From the NCBI GenBank assembly GCA_964016885.1, contig OZ024740.1, forward strand, positions 422,344,001 through 422,408,000: a DNA stretch of 64,000 nt, written 5' to 3'. Below the pieces are notes generated by a model, which was not told the DNA's origin, ran no database searches, and saw only the letters and a program-made list of their open reading frames with translations. The translations under genes were made by a program, and so were the position numbers. Source of the DNA: Eledone cirrhosa (taxonomy: Eukaryota). Positions 57,355 to 64,000 of the stretch are shown here, piece after piece. How positions within the stretch are numbered: the stretch's first letter is position 1; each line of letters begins with the position of its first letter.

Positions 57355-57549
57355 AGATAAGTTATTCCGAGTTGAACCGGAGGTAACCACAGTAAGTAAG
57401 GTACTCAATACATAGCAGAGTATAAAAGTTTTAATATAGAAGAGCTTCTACAGGACTAGAACTGTTTCATTCGTGAGAAATCATCAGGGAGCTCCCTGAT
57501 GATTTCTCACGAATAAAACAGTTCTAGTCCTGTAGAAGCTCTTCTATAT
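57355..57549 (-). mobile_element. Family A element (minus strand) with a palindromic 5' end
   Basis: Minus-strand copy 57496->57355. Positions 57434-57549 form a spacer-less 116-bp palindrome centred on GGGAG|CTCCC with one mismatch. Confidence 0.85.
57440..57496 (-). ncRNA. Putative type I hammerhead ribozyme, complete core
   Basis: Minus strand reads GGGAGCUCC-CUGAUGA-U[UUC-UCAC-GAA]U-GAA[ACAG-UUCUAGUC-CUGU]-A-GAAGCUCUU. Stem I pairs at 8 of 9 positions including G-U, stem II is 3 bp with a non-canonical U.U at its base, stem III is 4 bp. Predicted cleavage after GUA (57449). Confidence 0.7.
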
Positions 57550-57676
57550 ATACTATATATATATATATACACACAAATATATATGTACATACACACAAAT
57601 ATATATGTACATACACATACAAATGTATACACATATTTTAAACATTCAGCCCCCCCCCCTCTATCTCTCTGTATAT

Positions 57677-57833
57677 ATATAGAAATGGCTTCTACAGGAC
57701 TAGAATGATGATTTCCTCCGAATGAAACAGTTCTAGTCCTGTCGAAGCCATTTCTATATTAAATATTTACACTCTGGTATGTATTGAGTACTTTACTTAC
57801 TGTGGTTACCCCCGATTGAACCCGAGATAAACT

Positions 57834-57836
<3 letters not shown>
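57677..57836 (+). mobile_element. Family A element with a 29-bp 5' inversion
   Basis: 57677-57705 is the reverse complement of 57731-57759 (1 mismatch). The body tgatga-tttcctccgaat-gaaacagttctagtcctgtc-gaagcc lacks the first C of the core and the native stem I 5' strand. Confidence 0.85.

Positions 57837-57846
<10 letters not shown>

Positions 57847-57873
<27 letters not shown>
57847..57873. repeat. (GA)n microsatellite
   Basis: Read directly. Confidence 0.95.
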
Positions 57874-57878
<5 letters not shown>

Positions 57879-57944
57879 CTGACTGTTTAAAATACTGCAT
57901 TATTTAAAACATCAACCGATCGGTCAGCCAATACTGGTGTATAT

Positions 57945-58088
57945 ATTTATCTACCATTTCTTTCGACCAATTTCCACAGATGAAGCACCGCAGGTCAACA
58001 GAAGACGGTAGTAGAAGTCTACAAAATTAGTAGACAACGGGACTGAACCTAAAACTAACTGGATGTTAAGACTCAGCCATCTCAGCGT
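57945..58088 (-). mobile_element. Decayed tRNA-derived SINE, 5' part
   Basis: Minus strand shows A-box-like TGGCTGAGT and B-box-like GGTTCAGTCCC. Confidence 0.5.
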
Positions 58089-58127
58089 GCGTGTGTTTTG
58101 TGTGTACCTATACATGTGTGTGTGTGT

Positions 58128-58263
58128 GTCCCGGGTTCAGTCGGGGGGTAACCACAGTAAGGTACTAGATACATTAGTAGAGTGTAAACATCAAATTTAA
58201 TATAGAAATGGCTTCTACAGGCCTAGAACTGTTTCATTCTAGTCCTCTACAAGCTATTTATAT
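58128..58263 (-). mobile_element. Family A element, 5'-truncated, with a short inversion
   Basis: Minus copy runs from ...gaatgaaacagttctaggcctgtagaagcc to ...gaacccggga. An inverted arm ttctagtcctctacaagctatttatat begins at 58237. Confidence 0.8.
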
Positions 58264-58274
58264 ATATATATATA

Positions 58275-58462
58275 GGAAAAAGTATGACCCCGACGGCAGA
58301 GCTCAAGACGTTTCGACAGCTATTTCTAGTCCAGAAATAGCCGTCGAAACGGCTTGAGCTCTGCCGTCGGGGTCATACTTTTCCGTATTACCCACTACTA
58401 CCCTAAGTATTGAGTACTCTGGTGTGTTATGGTCCATCTGGTTCCTTACCACAATTCCTTCG
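58275..58462 (+). mobile_element. Family B element with a ~110-bp hairpin palindrome
   Basis: Arms 58275-58327 and 58333-58384 (2 mismatches, 1 indel) with loop AGTCC. A unique tail containing GTATTGAGTAC follows; flanks are (TA)n. Confidence 0.8.
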
Positions 58463-58489
58463 TTATATATATATATATAATGTGTGTGT

Positions 58490-58593
58490 AAAAGGTAAAC
58501 AGAAATAACAAAGCAAACGACACAGTACCTTGAAGAAATATATTAGTTTAATGCTTGATTTAACAGGAAACGAGTCTTAACGTTTCGGACGTA
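58490..58593 (-). mobile_element. Family C element with a hammerhead-like 3' half
   Basis: Minus strand reads tacgtcc-GAA[ACG-ttaagact-CGT]-T, followed by the tail shared with the 54493 and 56838 copies. Confidence 0.55.
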
Positions 58594-58721
58594 TGTGTAT
58601 ATATATATAGGAATAAGATAACCAGTATTTAATTATTTAATTGATTTACGAACATTTCTATCAATACAGCAAGATGTTCCATCATTCTCCTTTCAATACA
58701 CACACACAGATATGTGTGTGT

Positions 58722-58772
<51 letters not shown>

Positions 58773-58798
58773 TACACACACACGTGTGTGTGCATGAG

Positions 58799-58970
58799 TC
58801 CCGGGTGGTTCTATCGAGAGTAACCACAGTTAGTAAGGTATTAAGGTACTCAATACATTGAGTGCAAACGCCAAGTTTAGTATAGAAGTGGTTTCTACAG
58901 GGCTAGAACTGTTTCATTCAGAAGAAATCATCAGGAGAGCCGTGTAGAAGCCATTTCTATATTAAACTTG
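58799..58970 (-). mobile_element. Family A element with a 28-bp 5' inversion
   Basis: Minus copy 58942->58799. Positions 58943-58970 (tgtagaagccatttctatattaaacttg) mirror 58872-58899. Confidence 0.8.
58890..58942 (-). ncRNA. Putative hammerhead ribozyme, core intact, weak stem I
   Basis: CGGCUCUC-CUGAUGA-U[UUC-UUCU-GAA]U-GAA[ACAG-UUCUAGCC-CUGU]-A-GAAACC. Stem I needs a bulge and a mismatch. Confidence 0.5.
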
Positions 58971-59213
58971 ACACACATATATATATATGTTTGTAATTAA
59001 GAGCGTCATTTGCTCGAAATAGAACTTAAGCACATCTAAACGAAATCCCAGATAACTAGGAACTCAAAGAAACACATCCTAGAAGCACCACAGTGCACAA
59101 TATTTGTACTGTTCCAATTAGTGGTGTGGGGAGAACGGACGTCATCAGGCTGAAGCCGTCTTATTACGTAGTTTATACATGTATGCCTGTGTATGTACGC
59201 GTGTGTATGTATG

Positions 59214-59246
59214 TCTCTGCCTCTCTCTCTCTCTCTCTCCCTCTCC

Positions 59247-59277
<31 letters not shown>
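59214..59277. repeat. (CT)n microsatellite
   Basis: Read directly. Confidence 0.95.
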
Positions 59278-59282
<5 letters not shown>

Positions 59283-59321
59283 CACACATATACACATACA
59301 CAGACATCTAGAAACTACGTA

Positions 59322-59479
59322 ATATATATGTGTGTGTGCGCGTGTATATGTGTGTATATATATATGTATGTAAATATATGTGTGTATATATATATGTGTG
59401 TGTATATATATATATATATGTGTATATATATGTGTGTATATATATGTGTGCATATATATATGTGTGTATATATATGTGC

Positions 59480-59515
<36 letters not shown>

Positions 59516-60032
59516 ATTTATATATATATATGTGTATTTATATATATATATATGTGTGTATATATATATGTGTGTGTGTGTATATATATGTGTGTGTGTA
59601 TATATATATGTGTGTGTGTGTATATATATGTGTGTGTGTATATATATGTGTGTGTATATATATATATGTGTGTATATATATATATATGTGTGTATATATA
59701 TATGTGTGTGTATATATATATATGTGTGTATATATATATATGTGTGTATATATATATATGTGTGTGTATATATATATATATGTGTGTGTATATATATATA
59801 TATGTGTGTGTATATATATATATATGTGTGTATATATATATATGTAAATATGTATGTGTGTATATGTATGTGTATGTGTGTATATATGTATGTGTATATG
59901 TATGTGAGTATATATATGTATGTAAATATGTATATATATATGTGTGTATATATGTGTATGTATGTATGTATATATATATGCATGTATATATGTAAATATG
60001 TGCGTGTGCGTATACATATATATATATATATA
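59322..60032. repeat. ~700-bp compound (TA)n(TG)n microsatellite
   Basis: Read directly; source of the 155-284 aa low-complexity ORFs. Confidence 0.97.
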
Positions 60033-60155
60033 TTTAATATAGAATGAAACACTTCTAGTCATGTAAAAGCCATTTCTCTATTAAATATATATACTCTATG
60101 GATTAAGTACCTTACTTACTGTGATTACCCCCGATTGAACCCGGGATAAACTTAT
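60032..60155 (+). mobile_element. Family A element, 5'-truncated, with a 13-bp inversion
   Basis: atttaatatagaa (inverted) joins tgaaacacttctagtcatgtaaaagccatttc...ttacccccgattgaacccgggataaactta. Confidence 0.8.
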
Positions 60156-60167
60156 ATATATATATAT

Positions 60168-60495
60168 GGAGGCACATGGCTGAGTGGTTAGACCATTGGC
60201 CTTGCAATCGAAAGGTTGAGTTCAATTCTCACACCGGGTGATGTGTTGTTTCCATGAGCAAGACACTTTATTTCACATTGCTCCAGTTTACTCCGTTGTA
60301 GAAATGAGATGATAGGGTCTGGGGTACCTATCATTCCACTGCAAAGTGGTCGTGGACGTACCACAGCAAAAAAGCACCCAGCACTCCCTGTAAATGAGGT
60401 TGATGTTAGGAAGGGCATCCAGCTGTAGAAATCAAGCTAGAATCAGTTCCCGTCCCACCCTTGCAAACAGGGAAAAAGGAACGTAAAATGATGAT
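60168..60495 (+). mobile_element. tRNA-derived SINE with an RTE-like 3' tail (possibly composite)
   Basis: A-box TGGCTGAGTGG (60177-60187), B-box-like GAGTTCAATTC (60217-60227), central ttgctccagtttactc shared with the 61447 and 62700 SINEs, and tail ...ccttgcaaacagggaaaaaggaacgtaaaatgatga. Confidence 0.8.
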
Positions 60496-60607
60496 ATATA
60501 TATATATATTCCCCTCCCCAGGTCTTAACACCTCACTCTTCATCCACGTCTCCACACCCCATCCTCACAAGATAAATACCCACCCTAAATCCATCTCTCC
60601 TACATCC

Positions 60608-60862
60608 CCAGCCTCCCACTGTAAAGTGATCGTTTTGGTGCTACAATATAAAAACCCCAGTTCACACTGTAAAATGTCACTACTAAAAGCCCACCAGTCC
60701 ACTCTATAAAGTGGTTGGTTTGGTATCACAACAAAGAGCCCTTGGCCCACACTGTAAAGTGGTTAGTTTGGTGCCACTACAAAAAAGCATCCAGTCCACA
60801 CTGTAAATGTGGTCGGCATTAAGAAGGGCATCCAGCTGTAGAAACCAAGCCAGAAACAGTTC
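60608..60862 (+). repeat. Degenerate ~48-bp minisatellite (~5 units) derived from a SINE-internal segment
   Basis: Repeated ccag.ccacactgtaaagtgg...tggtgccac units end in aagggcatccagctgtagaaa, as in 60360-60440. Confidence 0.7.
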
Positions 60863-61276
60863 TGTATGAGTAAGACATGGTCATCTGATCTGACTTGTCT
60901 TGCAACTATGTAGCTATTATGTAATAAATGAAATGTAGCGAAGTGTAAAGTTATTGCTTTCTACTTTATAATCATACATCTATATCCATAGATCCATCCA
61001 TCTATCTATATATCTATATATATATTCAAATGTAAGGGTTTTTTAAAAATATATCCTACACGGGTAAAAATATAAGAAAAAGAATTTAAAAATGCAAAGG
61101 TTTATTTACAATAACTTACAAATAACTTTACCGGTTTCACAAGTTTCAGGATTTTCAAAAGTTAAGGGCGTTGGAGAGATGTGTGGCTATATATATATAT
61201 ATATAGAGAGAGAGATACATACGTGTGTGTGTGTGTATGTATATATATATATATGTGTGTGTGTGTGTAAATGTGA

Positions 61277-61437
61277 TTGGTGTTAGGAAGGGCATCCAGT
61301 TGTAAAAATTCCGGCCAAATTTTATAGTTCAGTATGAGCAAGGCACGGTGCAGCCAGAATTGTCTCATGTCAGGGACGACCTGTCTAACCCATGCAAACA
61401 TGGAAAATGGACGTTAAACAGTGATGATGATGATGAT
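61277..61437 (+). mobile_element. SINE/RTE-type 3' tail fragment ending in (GAT)n
   Basis: gttaggaagggcatccag.tgta...acccatgcaaacatggaaaatggacgttaaa..gatgatgatgat; same motifs as 60405-60495. Confidence 0.7.
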
Positions 61438-61446
61438 ATATATTGT

Positions 61447-61786
61447 AGAGGCCCCCTTCGGTCACAAATGACCATCTGTTTGTACCTAGAAAGTGCCTCG
61501 TCCTAGGCGCAAGTTTCAGTATGGTGTATTTGTGGAAGACCAGCAGTCACCCATGTATATCAGTCTCCCCTCTCCATGTCGCCGATGTTGTCCAAGGGAA
61601 AGGCAATGGCCAGTACAGCTTGGCACCAATGATGTTGCAACTCATTTCTACATCTGAGTAAACTGGAGCAACGTAAAATAAAGTGTCCAAGAACGTAAAA
61701 TAAAGTGTCCAAGAACGTAAAATAAAGTGTCCAAGAATCAAACTGACGACCTTCTGAGATTGCAAGCCTAGTTTTCTAAACACTAA

Positions 61787-61792
<6 letters not shown>
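61447..61792 (-). mobile_element. tRNA-derived SINE with an internal 22-bp triplication
   Basis: Minus head ATGGCTTAGTG...GTTTGATTC; shared central ctgagtaaactggagcaacgt; AACGTAAAATAAAGTGTCCAAG x3 at 61670-61735. Confidence 0.75.
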
Positions 61793-61824
<32 letters not shown>

Positions 61825-61827
<3 letters not shown>

Positions 61828-62086
61828 TATAAGAGGGATAGGTTGTAGTGTGTTGGAGAGAAGACTGCATTGGTATGGACATGTGTGCGTATGGAGGATG
61901 ACCGTTGGGTAAAGAAGTGCCAAGAAATGCCAGTAGAAGGAAGACGCAGTCGAGGAAGAGCATGAAAAACATGGGCGGAGCTGGTGAGAGCAGACGACAA
62001 AGAACCGTGACGAATGGAGAGATGCCGTGCTTAATAAGACCCATTCCCTTGCAAGCAGGGAAAAGCGGACGTAAAATGATGATGAT
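61825..62086 (+). mobile_element. RTE-clade LINE 3' fragment (decayed ORF)
   Basis: Hand translation ERRLHWYGHV/RMEDDRWVKKCQEMPVEGRRSRGRA*KTW matches the RTE C-terminal RLRWxGHVxRM...GxRxRGRPxxxW motif; ends in a (GAT)n tail. Confidence 0.85.
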
Positions 62087-62149
62087 CAGATATAGATATA
62101 GATATAGATATGTGAATATATATATATATATGATAATGATGAAGTAGAA

Positions 62150-62670
62150 GGTAATAATGTGTAGGAAGTGTAGCAATGAAATACAGTTTTCCCAATCCCA
62201 AGAAGATACATAGAATCAGTTGATAACTTCTGTTGTCTTGGTGACAGAATTAACAGCGGAGGAGATAGTTCCAAAAGCATAGCAGACAGAATAAGGAAAG
62301 GCTGGAGAAAGTTCAGGGAGCTACCAACTTCGTTAATGATAAAGGGTCCTTCTTCACAAGAGACGTTCAGATCACATGATGCCCACATGAGAAGTGCAAT
62401 GCTTCAAGTTAGCGAGACAGGGTGTAATAAATGTAGAGGGTGTGCAGAAACTGGGGACAAAGGAAGTGAGTATGCTCCACTGGATGTGCAATGTTACTGT
62501 GCATGAACAACGGGACATGAATTATGTAAGAGAAAACCTGGGTATAATAAGAATGAGATGTACTGCAGAAGAGAGATCATATTGGCACTGACGTGTGATG
62601 TATATGGATGATGAATGGAGGAGGGTGAGGAAGTGACAGGAAGACTGAGATAAACCTCGGCTGAATTAAT
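62150..62670 (+). mobile_element. RTE-clade LINE fragment (end of RT and downstream region)
   Basis: IESVDNFCCLGDRINSGGDSSKSIADRIRKGWRKFREL...RSAMLQVSET, then (frameshifted) EVSMLHWMCNV...RENLGI. This is the FxYLG / RIxxGWxKFREL / LxGSETW pattern. Confidence 0.85.
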
Positions 62671-62699
62671 AAAAAAAGTCTCAAGCCAGAAGGTTTGTT

Positions 62700-62972
62700 A
62701 GGGCTGGGTGCTTATGGTGCTTATTCCAGTTTCATGGTGTGAAGCAACTTAGAGTACAAGACTCCCCCCCCCCCCCCCCTGGACAGGACACCAATCCATC
62801 GTAGGGTTAACCCTCTCAGCTATTGCTGGTACTCATTTTCAGCTGAGTATACTGGAGCAACGTGAAATGTAGTATCTTGCTCAAGAACACAACACACAAT
62901 CCAGTCCAGGAATCAAACCCACACCATTATGATCGTAAGTCCAACACCCTTACCACTAGGCTACGTACCTCC
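62700..62972 (-). mobile_element. tRNA-derived SINE lying between RTE fragments
   Basis: Minus head GGAGGTACG-TAGCCTAGTGG (A-box)...GGTTTGATTCC (B-box); central ctgagtatactggagcaacgtgaaat shared with the other SINEs. Confidence 0.8.
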
Positions 62973-62974
62973 AC

Positions 62975-63236
62975 TTATTAGAACTGACCTCAAAACACTG
63001 AATGCTGTAGAAGAATGACAAAAGAATGCTAAAAGTGGAGAAAAGTTGTGCTGGAAAGAACCTATTTTAACTATGCAAGCATAGAAAATAATCTGGACAG
63101 GAGTAGTAAAAGCTGACCTTAAAACATTGACTTTATAGAGGAGATGACAAAGGAATGCTACATGTGGAGAGAAACTGCGCTAGAGAGAACATATCTTATC
63201 TATGCAATCTTAGAAAAACAGACATAAAATGATGTC
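62975..63236 (+). mobile_element. Two tandem decayed RTE 3' ends
   Basis: ctgacct.aaaaca.tga...atgacaaa.gaatgcta...gtggaga.aa...ctatgcaa..tagaaaa occurs twice (~62975-63090 and ~63091-63236). Confidence 0.65.
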
Positions 63237-63594
63237 TTCTGTATTGTTGAAGACACAATTACTTTCCAGTTTCCGTTTCTTTATTAGAACCTTCTCATAT
63301 TTTCTAATAAAGCCTCTGCAGTTTGCTTGGAATAACAAAGTTCTTAACTCTATAATTTCGTCAGTGTTTCTAGACTTTCACAGTCTCATCATCAGAAGTG
63401 TTGTTGGTTTATTTTTACTGCCTCTTTTATTGTAGGTATATATATATTTTGTGAAGTTTTATGCAGTTTTTCTTATTTTGCCCACATTTCATGGATTCCA
63501 TTTGAGAATTTGAATATTAAATTTGACTGTAAGACTCACATGTCAGAATTTAGGTGTTCATGACGTGTATGGTTCTTGAGTGGCTGGCACTATA

Positions 63595-64000
63595 AAGCAG
63601 TTGGTAGAAACTGCATATGATGTACACAATGTAAAGTATGGGTTCAAAAGTGATGTAGTGGGATAGCAGGCCAACCAACAGTAGACATAGTACATAGCTG
63701 ATGTGCAAGGATAGTTGGTAGCATGAACATCAGTGAAATGAGCTATTTACAATCCTGGGAAGGCTCCATAGAAGTAGTTGATAGCTTCTGCTACTTGGAT
63801 GACCTAATTATTAGTGAAGGAGGTTGCTAAGAAAGCATAGTAGCTAGGATAAGAACAAGCTGGAGAAAGGTCAGAGAGCTATTACCTCTGTTGACAACAA
63901 AATATTTCTCACTATGAATGAAAAGCCAGCATTATGATGCCTGCATGTGATGTGCAATATTGCAATGTAGAGAGACAGGGGCAGTAAATGCAAAGGATTG
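63595..64000 (+). mobile_element. RTE-clade LINE fragment with a Cys-rich insert, multiple stops
   Basis: VGRNCI*CTQCKVWVQK*CSGIAG ... GSIEVVDSFCYLDDLIISEGGC*ESIVARIRTSWRKVRELLPLLTTK...YDACM; homologous to 62210-62420. Confidence 0.85.

Noticed and set aside
57434-58384. Palindromes as MITE termini, miRNA genes or terminators
   Set aside because: Arm lengths and breakpoints differ between copies and one arm continues into a unique tail. This fits 5' inversion of a retroelement better, though a MITE is not formally excluded.
54107-60062. YI/CV/HT-rich ORFs
   Set aside because: Translations of (TA)n/(TG)n/(CA)n microsatellites in several overlapping frames.
60168-60235. tRNA gene
   Set aside because: A and B boxes are present but no cloverleaf is evident, and it continues into a SINE body; the same holds near 61790 and 62970.
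61547-62388. 209-aa and 100-aa minus-strand ORFs
   Set aside because: Antisense read-through of SINE, microsatellite and RTE fragments.

Overview
This is eukaryotic, repeat-dominated DNA with no supportable protein-coding gene. The repeat content (dense (TA)n/(CA)n tracts, tRNA-headed SINEs, RTE-type LINE debris) resembles a coleoid cephalopod such as Octopus; that assignment is inference. Positions 1-~52503 are one uninterrupted head-to-tail 69-bp satellite of about 760 monomers that continues past the left edge. It has layered variant domains, multi-kb internal duplications and a monomer built from short dyad symmetries. All 'LETQRSPRQSAKVHSGENGGQY' ORFs are its single stop-free frame. Positions ~52504-64000 are AT-rich flank holding microsatellites, SINEs and decayed RTE fragments. 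The most notable signal is a cluster of short (~140-170 bp) elements sitting in (TA)n tracts at 54.3-60.2 kb. They carry a type I hammerhead ribozyme fold (CUGAUGA...GAAA...GUH), usually with 5' inversions or palindromes. One family has two copies with a complete core, and two other families show only the 3' half of the core. This fits Penelope-like or retrozyme-like non-autonomous retroelements. Folds and alignments were done by eye, and no ribozyme activity is shown.
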